64,000 nucleotides of DNA from an uncultured Gemmatimonadaceae bacterium. Its GTDB lineage: Bacteria; Gemmatimonadota; Gemmatimonadetes; Gemmatimonadales; Gemmatimonadaceae. The DNA lies in contig CAWJMB010000003.1 in assembly GCA_963843845.1 (NCBI GenBank), forward strand, positions 243,297 through 307,296. Direction: 5' to 3'. Positions 53,988-63,396 of the stretch are shown here, in pieces. The position numbers and the translations under genes are program-made. Each line of letters opens with the position of its first letter. Position 1 is the stretch's first letter. The notes under the pieces were generated by a model. It saw only the letters and a program-made list of their open reading frames with translations, was not told the DNA's origin and searched no databases.

Positions 53988-55576
53988 ATGCAGGGCAACG
54001 GTACGAACGGCAACGGGAACGGCGACACCGGCGACAGCGGCGACAGCGGCGACACGGGCGCGACGCCCCCGGTCCTCACGACGCGGCAGGGCCATCCGGT
54101 CGTCGACAACAAGAACAACCGCACGGTCGGCGACCGCGGCCCGACGGTGCTCGAGAACTACCACTTCCTCGAGAAGATCTCGCACTTCGACCGCGAGCGG
54201 ATTCCGGAGCGCGTCGTGCACGCGCGCGGCGCCGGCGCGCACGGCTACTTCGAGACGTACGGCACGGTCGGCGACGAGCCCGTGGAGACGTACACGCGCG
54301 CGAAGGTGTTCAGCGGCAAGGGGAAGCGCACGCCGCTCTTCGTGCGCTTCTCGAGCGTCATTCACGGCGGGCACTCGCCGGAGACGCTGCGCGACCCGCG
54401 CGGCTTCTCGGTGAAGATGTACACCGAGGACGGCAACTGGGATCTCGTCGGGAACAACCTGCAGCAGTGTTCTTCATCCGCGACGCGATCAAGTTCCCCG
54501 ACATGGTCCACTCGCTGAAGCCGGACCCGGTCACGAACCAGCAGGACGCGCGGCGCATCTTCGACTTCATGAGCCTGACGCCGGAGGCGACGCACATGAT
54601 CACGTGGCTGTTCAGCCCGTGGGGCATCCCGGCGAACTATCGCGAGATGCGCGGCTCGGGCGTGCACGCCTACAAGTGGGTGAACGCGAACGGCGACGCG
54701 GTGCTCGTGAAGTACCACTGGATCCCCACGCAGGGCGAGCGCAACCTCACGCAGGCGCAGGCCGAGGCGATCCAGGGCAAGGACTTCAATCACGCGACGA
54801 CCGATCTCTACGACGCGATCGCGCGGGGGGACTTCCCGGAGTGGGAGCTGCAGGTCCAGATCATGGAGGACGGCGAACACCCCGAGCTCGACTTCGATCC
54901 GCTCGACGCGACGAAGATCTGGCCGCCCGCGCAGTTCCCGCTCCGCCCGGTCGGCCGCATGGTCCTCGACCGCAACCCGACGAACTATTTCGCCGAGGTC
55001 GAGCAGGTCGCGTTCGGCACCGGCGTGCTCGTCGACGGCATGGACTTCTCCGACGACAAGCTGCTGCAGGGGCGGACCTTCTCGTACTCGGACACGCAGC
55101 GCTACCGCGTCGGGCCGAACTACCTGCAGCTCCCGATCAACGCGCCGAAGCGCCACGTCGCGACGAATCAGCGCGACGGGCAGATGACCTACCACGTCGA
55201 CGCCAACGAGGCGGGCGCGAACCCGCACGTGAACTACGAGCCGAGCATGCGGCACGGACTCGTGACCGCACAGCCGTCGGGGAAGCCGCACACCCCGTTC
55301 GTCTCCGGCCCCATCGTTCGGCAGACGATCGCGCGCACGAACGATTTCGCGCAGGCAGGGGAGCGGTGGCGCACGTTCGAGGACTGGGAGCGCGACGAGC
55401 TCGTCGCGAATCTCGTCGACGCGCTCTCGGGGTGCGAGCGGGAGATTCAGGACCGGATGGTCGGGCACTTCACGCAGGCCGATGCCGAGTACGGGCGGCG
55501 GGTGGCCGAGGGGCTCGGGGTCGCGGTGAGCGGGGCGCTGGCCGCGTCGCAGGAGGCGGTCGCGGCGAACCCGTAG
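53988..55576 (+). CDS. katA: Monofunctional heme catalase (small subunit); frame change near 54465
   Basis: [75 protein letters not shown]. Confidence 0.95.
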
Positions 55577-55627
55577 CGGCGGCGCCCGTGCGGGCCCGTT
55601 CGCGGCGGGCCCGCACGAGCGCCGCAG

Positions 55628-56242
55628 CTACGGAGTCGCGCGGCCGTCCACGTCGGCCACCCGCTCCGCCGCCACCCGCCAGTCGACCGCCGGCGCCACG
55701 TCCCGGTCCGTCAGCTGCAACGTCGCGAGCGCCCGCTCGATCACCGGCCCGCCGAGCGCCGCCGGCAGCGCGAGCCCGAAGGCGAGCTCCGCCCGCCGGC
55801 ACAGCCGCTCTTCGCGCGGCAGCTCGGCCGGGTCGTGCGCCATCCCGAGCCTCGTCGTCATCGCGTGCACGCGCGCGTGCATCCCCTCGTGCACGAGCGA
55901 CGACGCGACCGGCGCCGCGGTGATGTCGCGGCGCGCGAGGAACGTCAGCTCGGTGAGACACACCCGTTCGTCGGGAAAGAACGCGCCGCGGCAGGCGAAG
56001 CGCGCGACGCGGATCGCCCGCACGTCGCGCCGGAAGTGGCGCAGCCGCCACGGCTGATGCGTCTCGATCAGCGCGAGCGCCTCGTCGAGGCGCGCGACGA
56101 CGTCCTCGGTCGCGAGGTCGTCGCGCGTGTTCTCGACGACGACCGGCACGCCGCGGAGGGTGAACGTCTCGCGCCGCGGCCCGTCGCCGCGTGGCGCGTC
56201 GCCGCGGAGCGCATCGAGCAGTCGAGAGAACACGTTCGGCAT
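55628..56242 (-). CDS. Hypothetical protein with HExxH motif (possible zincin)
   Basis: ASSLVHEGMHARV followed by REERLC. Confidence 0.6.
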   Translation of the reverse strand: MPNVFSRLLDALRGDAPRGDGPRRETFTLRGVPVVVENTRDDLATEDVVARLDEALALIETHQPWRLRHFRRDVRAIRVARFACRGAFFPDERVCLTELTFLARRDITAAPVASSLVHEGMHARVHAMTTRLGMAHDPAELPREERLCRRAELAFGLALPAALGGPVIERALATLQLTDRDVAPAVDWRVAAERVADVDGRATP

Positions 56243-56697
56243 CACAGGGGAAAGGTATACATGATCGCCGGCTCGTCGGCCTCTTCCCCACCCCGTCCGG
56301 CGTACAGCCGGCGCGCCGCGGTGTTCGTCGGCGACGTCAGCACCCAGGCCTCGCCGCAGCCTAACGCGCGCCCGTGGTCGAGCAGCGCATCGACGACGCG
56401 CCGCCCGATGCCGCGCCCGTGGTGCGACGGCGAGACGCCGACCTCGTTGATCCAGAGATCGCGCGGCTTGTCGGGGTGCACGTAGTCGACCCCCGACGCC
56501 ATCGCGACGACGACGCCGCGGTCGATCGCGACGGCGAGGTGGTGCCGCGGGTCGGCGAAGAACGCCGCGCACGACGCCGGATCGACGTCGCCGTCGAAGA
56601 CCTCGGGCGCGACGCGGTCGAGCACCGCGGCCTCGTCCGCCGCGAGCACGCGCACGACGATCGCGTCGCCCGACGCGTCAGCCATCGACCCGGTCAT
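56242..56697 (-). CDS. GNAT-family N-acetyltransferase
   Basis: LWINEVGVSPSHHGRGIGRRVV, WVLTSPTNTAARRLY. Confidence 0.9.
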   Translation of the reverse strand: MTGSMADASGDAIVVRVLAADEAAVLDRVAPEVFDGDVDPASCAAFFADPRHHLAVAIDRGVVVAMASGVDYVHPDKPRDLWINEVGVSPSHHGRGIGRRVVDALLDHGRALGCGEAWVLTSPTNTAARRLYAGRGGEEADEPAIMYTFPL

Positions 56698-57503
56698 CGC
56701 GAACGCGCTCCACTCGGCGTGAAACGGTCGAGCATGAGCGCGGTGGACGGCGGGCGCAACACGTTCGTCGCCGCGAACTCCTCCGCCTGCGGGTAGCGCG
56801 TCGCGCGCACGAGCGCCGCGGCGCGCGAGAGATCGTACGGCGTGTGGCGACGCTGCACCCGGCGCTCCGCGGAACGCTCCCCATCGGCGTCGTCGAGCAG
56901 CAGCCAGTGCGCCCCTGCCTCGCCGAACGGCATCCCGACGCTCCCCGCGTTCACGACGCGGAGCGCCGAGTCGCCGGCGCCGTCGATGTGACGGTCGTAC
57001 GCCATGTGGGTGTGGCCGCAGACGACGACGTCAGCGCCGTGCCCGCCGAACTGTCGGGCGGCCTCGTCGTCGGGCGTGCGCGTGGTGACGATCGCCACGT
57101 CGCTCGTCGGGGTCGCGTGGCAGAACAGCACGGTGCCGCACGGCATCTCCGCGCGCACGGTCGCCGGCCACGTCGCCACCCAGTCGGCCAGCGCCGGTGT
57201 CAGCTCGCCCGCGCACCACCGCAGCGCCTCCCGCACCGCGGCCGGCAGCGTCGCCGACTCCTCCCCGCGGCGTGCCGCCAGCGTCTCGCGGTCGCCGTCG
57301 CCGAGGAGGAACGACGTCGGCACGTCGAGCGCGCGCAGCCGCTCGAGACACGCGCGCGGCATCGGCCCCGGCAGCACGTCTCCGCCGACGACGATCGCGT
57401 CGACCCCTGCCGCACGCACGGCCTCGAGTGTCGCGTCGAGCGCCGGCAGGTTGCCGTGCACGTCGTACAGCGCGGCGACACGGCGGCGAGACCCGTTCGG
57501 CAC
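56694..57503 (-). CDS. Metallophosphoesterase (YfcE-like)
   Basis: GAGGAG RBS. YDVHGNLPAL, GGDVLPGP, FCHATP, VCGHTH, VNAGSVG. Confidence 0.88.
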   Translation of the reverse strand: MPNGSRRRVAALYDVHGNLPALDATLEAVRAAGVDAIVVGGDVLPGPMPRACLERLRALDVPTSFLLGDGDRETLAARRGEESATLPAAVREALRWCAGELTPALADWVATWPATVRAEMPCGTVLFCHATPTSDVAIVTTRTPDDEAARQFGGHGADVVVCGHTHMAYDRHIDGAGDSALRVVNAGSVGMPFGEAGAHWLLLDDADGERSAERRVQRRHTPYDLSRAAALVRATRYPQAEEFAATNVLRPPSTALMLDRFTPSGARSR

Positions 57504-57636
57504 GTCCGTCTCCTCACATAGAGCGTGGCGACTCGCTCCGCGACCCGCGCGCAGTGCGCGCGGCGCGTGCGCAAGTCTACACGCTCGCCCGCCCGAGCGC
57601 CCGACCGAGCGCCCGACCGAGCGCCCGCGCGCGCGG

Positions 57637-60109
57637 TTACCGCAGCACCGCGCGGACGCGATCGATCTCGACGCGGTCGGCATCGTTCGGTGGCTTGCCG
57701 CGCAGGTAGCGATCGAACCAGCGAAGCGACGAGTCGGCGAGGCGGCGCGCGTCGGCGCGGTCGCCGGCCGCCGCGCGGATGCGGGCGAGCTGGCCGAGCG
57801 TGAGCCCGAGCCCGCGCATGAAGCGCACGTCGCTCGGGTCGTCGCGCAGCAGCGCCCGCCGGATCGGGATCGCCGAGTCGGCCTGCGCCGCGGCGCCGGC
57901 GGCGTCGCCCCGCTCGAGCAGCACGTCGGCGACGAGATAGTGGCCGATCGCCACGTCGCGCCTCGCGTCGACGTTCGTCGGCCGCGAGTCGAGCACCGCG
58001 TAGCGCGCGCGCAGCGATCGGCGCAGCATGTCCGCCGCCGCCGGGTAGTCGCCCAACGTCTGGTACATGCGCCCGAGGCGCTCGCCGAGGAGCGCGCGCT
58101 GCCGTCGCGTCGCGAACGCCGTGTCCGCGGCGAGCGGCGGCGCGTCGAGCCGCCCGACCGCGCGCGTGTAGGCCGCGACCGCGTCGCGCGGCCGACCCGC
58201 GTTCACGAACGCCGGGTGCCCGCTCACGTCGCCGAGCTTCGTGAGCGTGATGGCGAGGCTGCGCGCCGGCCCCGTCGCCGTCGGGTGGCGCGCCGCGAGC
58301 CGCTCGCGGTAGGTGATCGCCTGCCGCATCCGCTCGACGGCCTGCGCCCTGTCGCCTAACGGCGCCTCGACGTCGGCGAGCCGCTCGAGCAGCGTCGCCG
58401 CGAGGTGGTCCGTGCTGTCCGGCGGCAGCGCCGACTCCGCGCGCTGCAGGAGCGCCCATGCGCGCAGGTAGGCCTCGTGCGCCGCCGTGACGTCGCCGAG
58501 GTTCGACTGCGTCGGGTTGCCGCGCACGTCGCCGAGTCGCTGGTAGGCGAACGCGAGCTGGCGGTCGAGCAGCGGGTCGCGCCGTCCCGCCGCCGCGAGT
58601 CCGTCGAGGTAGGTCCGCGCCCGCTCGGCGAGCGTCAGTTGCAACGCCGTGGTGCCGGGGGTCGCCGCGGCATCGCCCGCGGGATCGGACAGCAGCGTGT
58701 TCGCGAGCGCGCGCACGTCCTGCTCGCGCGCCTGCGCCTCGTTGCGCGCCGCCCGCGCGCGCGCCGCCTGCTGCAGCGCGACCCCGCTCCCGACGACGAG
58801 CGCGAGCACGCCGACGGCGACGCCGGTGACGAGCCCGCGCCGCCGCCGGAACAGGCGCCGCGCGCGGTACGCGACCGTATCGGGGCGCGCGATCACGCGC
58901 TCGTGCGCGAGCTGCCGCCGCACGTCCTCGGCGAGCGCGTCGACCGTGGCGTAGCGGCGCTCCGGCTCTTTGCGCAGCGCCATGAGCGCGATCGCGTCGA
59001 GCTCGCCGACGAGCGCGCGCGACAACCGGTCGGCGGTCGGCACGCCGCGCGCCACCGCCGCTGCGTCAGTTGCAACGGTGCTCGGCGGCGCGACCACGCC
59101 GTCGCGGATCGCGAGCACCGCCTCGGCCGGGCTGAGCGCGTCGGTGCCGAGCGGCGGCCGGCCGGTGAGCAGCACGTAGAGCAGCGCGCCCAACGCGTAG
59201 ACGTCGGTCGCGACCGCGATGCGCCCGCCGCTCACCTGCTCCGGCGCCGCGAACGCCGCCGTGAAGGGCGCCACGCCGCCCCCGGTGAGCGTGCCGAGCG
59301 TGCCGTCGGTGCGCTCCTCGCTGACGAGCTTCGCGATGCCGAAGTCGAGCAGCTTCACCTGGCCGTCCGCCGTCACGAACACGTTCGACGGCTTGAGGTC
59401 GCGGTGCACGACGAGCGCGCCGTGTGCGTGCTGCACCGCGGCGCACACCTGGCGAAAGAGCGCGAGTCGCGCGGGGAGGCCGAGCGCGCGCGCGGTCGCA
59501 GTACGCGTCGATCGGCTCGCCGTCGACGTACTCCATGACGAGATACGGCAGCCCGTCGTCGGTCGCGTCGCCGTCGAGGAGTTGCGCGATGTTCGGGTGG
59601 CGCAGTCCGGCGAGGATCCGCCGCTCGATCCGGAAGCGGCGCACGAGCACGTCGCCCGAGGAGCCACGCCAATGAATCGTCTTGATCGCCGCGCGCTCCC
59701 GCAGCGCGCCGTCGCCCCGCGTCGCCTCGTAGACCGCGCCCATCCCCCCCGTCGCGACGCGCCGCACGACCGTCCACGTGCCTAACGTCTGTCCGACGAG
59801 CGCCGCCGCGCGGTCCGCCCACGCCGGCGGGGCCGGCACCGGCCCGAGCAGCGTCTGCACCGCCGGCGTCTCGAGTCGGTCGCCCCCCGCGTCGGCGATC
59901 GCGAGCAGCCGCTCGACGTGCGCACGCACCGGCGCCGCGACGTCTCCGGCTGCCAGCATCCGCGCCCGGTCGTCCGGCGTCGCGTCCTGCGCCAGGAAGA
60001 ACAGCGCCTTGATGCGCGGCCACTCCTCGGGCGTGATCGCGGCCAGCGCGCGCGACGACCGCTGCGCGCCCCCAGGCGCGGCGGGCTCCGGCGGACGGTT
60101 CGTCGCCAC
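57637..60109 (-). CDS. Membrane Ser/Thr protein kinase with TPR-like C-terminus; frame change near 59495
   Basis: GGMGAVYEA, AIKTI, ERRILAGLRHPNIAQLLDG, VHRDLKPSN, KLLDFGIAK, APEQ, a TM helix, then helical repeats. Confidence 0.92.
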
Positions 60110-60121
60110 GGACCGCTCTCC

Positions 60122-60697
60122 TCAGCCTTCCGACAGCTCGGCGACGAGCCACGCCCGCGCGAGCGCCCATTCCCGCCACGCCGTCGCCCGCGACACGCCG
60201 AGCACTTCGGCGGCCTCGTCGAGCGTGAGGCCGACGAAGAAGCGCAGCTCTACCAGGCGGGCCTGCCGCGGGTCGAGCGCCTCGAGCGCGGCGAGCGCGT
60301 CGTGCACCCGCAGCACCTCGAGCCCCCCGTCGGCCGCGAGCGCGTCGTCGAGCGTGATCGCGATGCCCCCGTCGCGCTTCCCCGCCCGCGCCCGCCGCGC
60401 GTGGTCGACGAGAATGCGGCGCATGAGCTGCGCGGCGACCCCGAAGAAGTGCGCGCGGTTCTTCCAGGTCGTCCGCTCCTGGCCGATCAGCCGCAGGTAC
60501 GCCTCGCTGACGAGCGCCGTCGGCTGCAGCGTGTGGTCGCCCCGCTCGCGCCGCAGATAGCTGGCCGCGAGCGCGTGCAGCTCGTCGTAGACCGCGCGCG
60601 CCAGCGCGTCACTCGCCACCGCATCCCCCGCATGCGCCGCGGCGAGCAGGTCAGTGACGGACGTCGGAGGCGGTGAGTCGGAAGTCGAGGGGGGCAC
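60122..60697 (-). CDS. ECF sigma factor of the kinase-associated (TIGR02999-like) type
   Basis: VYDELHALAASYLRRERGDHTLQPTALVSEAYLRL, HFFGVAAQLMRRILVDHAR, LVELRFFVGLT, REWALARAWL. Confidence 0.92.
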   Translation of the reverse strand: MPPSTSDSPPPTSVTDLLAAAHAGDAVASDALARAVYDELHALAASYLRRERGDHTLQPTALVSEAYLRLIGQERTTWKNRAHFFGVAAQLMRRILVDHARRARAGKRDGGIAITLDDALAADGGLEVLRVHDALAALEALDPRQARLVELRFFVGLTLDEAAEVLGVSRATAWREWALARAWLVAELSEG

Positions 60698-61065
60698 GGC
60701 GGCAGACGGGGCGGTCCGCGCCAATGTGCGCGTGCGAGTACGACGCGCGAAAGCCCCGCTCGCCACATGCCCCGCGCCCGCACGCCTCCCAGCCGGGCGA
60801 CAGGCCCGCCTCGGCGCCGGCGAGGTCCGCCGGTCGGTCGCCACGTCGATCGTCACACTCGGCCACGCGCAGGCGGCGCGGGAAAATCCTCACCGGCGCG
60901 CCGGCCCACGGTGCGTCGCAGCGATCGGGCGGCGCGAGCCGCACGCCCTCGGAGCGCTCGCGTCGCGCGCTCGTGCTCGGAATGGTCGAGGTCGAGCGAC
61001 ACGGTCACGCCGTCGTCGGCGCGGCGGCGGGGCGCATGCTGTCGCACCCGCGCGACGCCTGGGCG

Positions 61066-61148
61066 GGCGCCCAGCGGAGCTTCCGCAGCCCGTGCGTACC
61101 AGCGATCACCGCGCCCGCCTCCGGCCGCGGCAGGAGCGCGAGTTCGTT
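61066..61148 (-). pseudogene. Internal fragment of a RelE/HigB-like toxin gene
   Basis: The minus strand reads NELALLPRPEAGAVIAGTHGLRKLRWAP, resembling the P-x-G-xx-I-x-GTGGLRKLRW core of RelE-like toxins. No start or partner. Confidence 0.55.
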
Positions 61149-61626
61149 AGGCCACGGCCACGACGACGCCGCTCTCGCGGACCCGGGTCAACTCCGCCGT
61201 CATCGCGGCGACCAGCTCGGGACGCCCGTGGAACGCGGCCGGCGTGTTTTGGAGCAGCGTGATCCGCGGATCCGCGCCCGCCGGCTCGGCCACGAGCACC
61301 AGTGTCTGGATGGCGTTCACCGCCGGCGTCAGTGCGGCGGCCCCCGGCGCCACCATGCCGGCCGCGGCGCGCAGCAGCGTGACGGTCGGAGCCACGCGCC
61401 GGACCTTCTGAATCTTCGCCACGTACGTTGCGGTCGGGTGGTGCGCGAAGACGGCCGCCAGCTCGGCGGCGATCGCCTCCCGCCCGTCCATCTGGGAGCC
61501 GTCGAAGCCGGTGGCGTGCCCGTCGGGCATGAACAGCGCCGCGAAACCGGCCGCGTCGCGGGCATTCCAGGCGATGAGCAGCGCCGTGTATACGCCGATG
61601 GCGGCGTCGAGCGCGGGTTCCGTCAT
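61147..61626 (-). CDS. SgcJ/EcaC (SnoaL/NTF2-like) protein; gene cassette
   Basis: AWNARDAAGFAALF...GFDGSQMDGREAI...HHPTATYVAK...QNTPAAFHGRP. The TAA stop lies within an attC-type core, GCCTAAC. Confidence 0.85.
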   Translation of the reverse strand: MTEPALDAAIGVYTALLIAWNARDAAGFAALFMPDGHATGFDGSQMDGREAIAAELAAVFAHHPTATYVAKIQKVRRVAPTVTLLRAAAGMVAPGAAALTPAVNAIQTLVLVAEPAGADPRITLLQNTPAAFHGRPELVAAMTAELTRVRESGVVVAVA

Positions 61627-61679
61627 GGCGGAAGAAGTGGAATCGTAGGGACCACCGCTCGGCGTCGACGCCCGTCGCG

Positions 61680-61776
61680 GCCTAACGCCCAGATTGAACT
61701 GCGAAGGCGCACGGTTGGAGCCACGCGCCGGGTCGGGGCGTCGCGCGCCCTCGTCAGGTGCAACGACCCGTTAGGC
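61680..61776 (-). mobile_element. Integron attC-like site
   Basis: Minus strand GCCTAAC-GGGTCG-TTGCACCTGAC...GCAGTTCAATCTGGGC-GTTAGGC, 97 bp, starting 1 nt after a stop codon. Confidence 0.85.
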
Positions 61777-61777
61777 A

Positions 61778-62102
61778 TCAGCTCGCCCGTCGCTTGCACG
61801 CGCGCTCCGCGGCGAGGCGCTCCGCGAGGAAGACCTTGAGCAGGCTCTGGTACGGCACGTCACGCTGGTTCGCGAGCACCGTGAGCTCGTCGAGCATGCC
61901 CTCGGGGAGGCGGAGCGAGATCGTCGCGGTCGACGGCTTCCAGGTTCGGCAGCCGCACGCGCTCCGCCGCCGACCAGCCGACGTAGTCTGCGCTGTCCGC
62001 CTCCTCCCGGAACGCACGCTCCTCCGCCTCGGTCGCGAACCGCGGCCGCGCCGGCGCCGTCGCGGCGGGCGGCTCACTCGCTGCCTTCTTCGGCTGGGGC
62101 AT
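61778..62102 (-). CDS. CopG/BrnA-like ribbon-helix-helix antitoxin; frame change near 61935
   Basis: PRFATEAEERAF...DSADYV...LPNL then KPSTATISLRLPEGMLDEL...RDVPYQSLLKVFLAERL. Confidence 0.85.
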
Positions 62103-62400
62103 CGGCGTAGACCTCGCGTTCGCGTCGGCTCATCGGCCGGGCCGAGACGACCCGGACGAGCGAGCCCCGCAGGGTGAAGACCTCCAACAGCAGCCGGCCC
62201 CCATCCGTCCGCCCCAGCGCGAAGAACCGCGGCTCCGCGCCGGAGGGCCCCGGGTCGGCCGCGAGGACCAGCGGGGCGTCGAAGAACACCTGCTCGCACT
62301 CGGCCTGCGTGCCCTCGTGCTTCGACCAGTGCTTCGTGGCGTTCCCGTCGTCCCACCGGAACCCGGTCGCCGAGGCCAAGCGGGCGGTGAGGTCGGCCAT
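62074..62400 (-). CDS. BrnT-family toxin
   Basis: GFRWDDGNATKHWSKH...ECEQVF...EPRFFALGRT...VFTLRGSLVRVVSARPMSRRER. Confidence 0.88.
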   Translation of the reverse strand: MADLTARLASATGFRWDDGNATKHWSKHEGTQAECEQVFFDAPLVLAADPGPSGAEPRFFALGRTDGGRLLLEVFTLRGSLVRVVSARPMSRREREVYADAPAEEGSE

Positions 62401-62407
62401 GTCATCG

Positions 62408-62427
62408 AGTATATGCCGCACATATAC
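62408..62427 (-). promoter_or_regulatory. Promoter/operator of the BrnT cassette
   Basis: GTATATG-N5-CATATAC palindrome overlapping a -10 TATACT that lies 7 nt before the ATG. Confidence 0.65.
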
Positions 62428-62468
62428 ATCCGGAAGCCGCTGCGCCTCTGCGACGGTGGCCGTTCGAG

Positions 62469-62566
62469 GCCGAACGCCGGAGTTCAGCTGCACGGCCGCA
62501 GGGCTGGAGCTCCGCCGCCGGTGGGGGGATCTGCGCGGCCTTGTCAGCTGCGACGAATCGTCGGGC
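62469..62566 (-). mobile_element. Integron attC-like site (degenerate)
   Basis: Minus strand GCCCGAC-GATTCG-TCGCAGCTGAC...GCAGCTGAACTCCGGC-GTTCGGC, 98 bp. Confidence 0.75.
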
Positions 62567-62586
62567 GGCGGCTCGCCGGGCGCCGC

Positions 62587-62988
62587 CTACGAGCCGCGCC
62601 GCTTCGGGAAGTACTGCACGTCGTGCAGCCCCTCAAAGTTCTCGTCCTGCGTCCACACCACCCCGCCGACCGCCCGCGCGGTCGCGTAGACGACGCTGTC
62701 GGCGAGCGGCAGCCTGTGGTCCACGCCGAGCCGCGCGGCGCTCAGCGCGAGCGCCGCGTCCAACTCCACCACGTCCCCCTGCTGCATGATCGCGACGGCC
62801 TGGAGCGCGTCCCCCTCTCCGCGCTGCCGCGCCACCACCTTGAACACCTCGAGCAGGCAGACTGACGGCACCACGAGCCGCGCCACCGCCTCGATCGCCG
62901 GCGCGAAGTCCCCCGCGGTCGGCTCCTCGGCGAAGTACGCCAGCCACGCCGACGAGTCGACGACGTTCGGTCGCGCCCGCGTCACCAC
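62587..62988 (-). CDS. vapC: VapC-family PIN-domain toxin
   Basis: NVVDSSAWLAYF, CLLEV, LPLADSVVYATA, WTQDENFEGL (acidic PIN residues). Confidence 0.9.
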   Translation of the reverse strand: MVTRARPNVVDSSAWLAYFAEEPTAGDFAPAIEAVARLVVPSVCLLEVFKVVARQRGEGDALQAVAIMQQGDVVELDAALALSAARLGVDHRLPLADSVVYATARAVGGVVWTQDENFEGLHDVQYFPKRRGS

Positions 62989-63000
62989 GGCGCCGCGGCC

Positions 63001-63207
63001 TCAGACGCGGTCGGCGTCGCGGGCGACCGCCGTGTCGATGCCCTTGAGGAACCCGCGCAGCGCCTTCGCCGGGCGCATCGGGATCAGCTCCACGCGCCCG
63101 TCGTAGACGAGCGCCTGCACCTTCTGGCCTGGGCTCAGGTTCAGGCGCTCCCGAACGGACCGCGGGATGACGACCTGGAACTTCGGGGAGATGGTCACGA
63201 CTTCCAT
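63001..63207 (-). CDS. AbrB/MazE-family antitoxin
   Basis: MEVVTISPKFQVVIPRSVRERLNLSPGQKV. Confidence 0.9.
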   Translation of the reverse strand: MEVVTISPKFQVVIPRSVRERLNLSPGQKVQALVYDGRVELIPMRPAKALRGFLKGIDTAVARDADRV

Positions 63208-63217
63208 GGCGGCCTCG

Positions 63218-63254
63218 ATCGATGCGGGTTGCGTCATACGCAACCTGTATCGAT
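63218..63254. promoter_or_regulatory. Palindrome upstream of the AbrB-VapC pair (candidate operator)
   Basis: ATCGATGCGGGTTGCGT-CAT-ACGCAACCTGTATCGAT, 15/17. Confidence 0.6.
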
Positions 63255-63283
63255 GCCCGCCTCCACGCCAGCGGGCGTGAGCC

Positions 63284-63378
63284 GCCGAACGCCCACGTTC
63301 AGCGGCGAGGGGCGATCGTGATCCAAGCCGACGCGCGGGGCGCTGCGCGCACTCGTCAGCTGCAACGAATCGTTCGGC
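63284..63378 (-). mobile_element. Integron attC-like site
   Basis: Minus strand GCCGAAC-GATTCG-TTGCAGCTGAC...CCGCTGAACGTGGGC-GTTCGGC, 95 bp. Confidence 0.8.
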
Positions 63379-63396
63379 GGCGTGTCCGGCGGGTGC

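Noticed and set aside
60700..61065. Additional cassette gene or attC left of the toxin fragment
   Set aside because: No convincing ORF or paired core sites.
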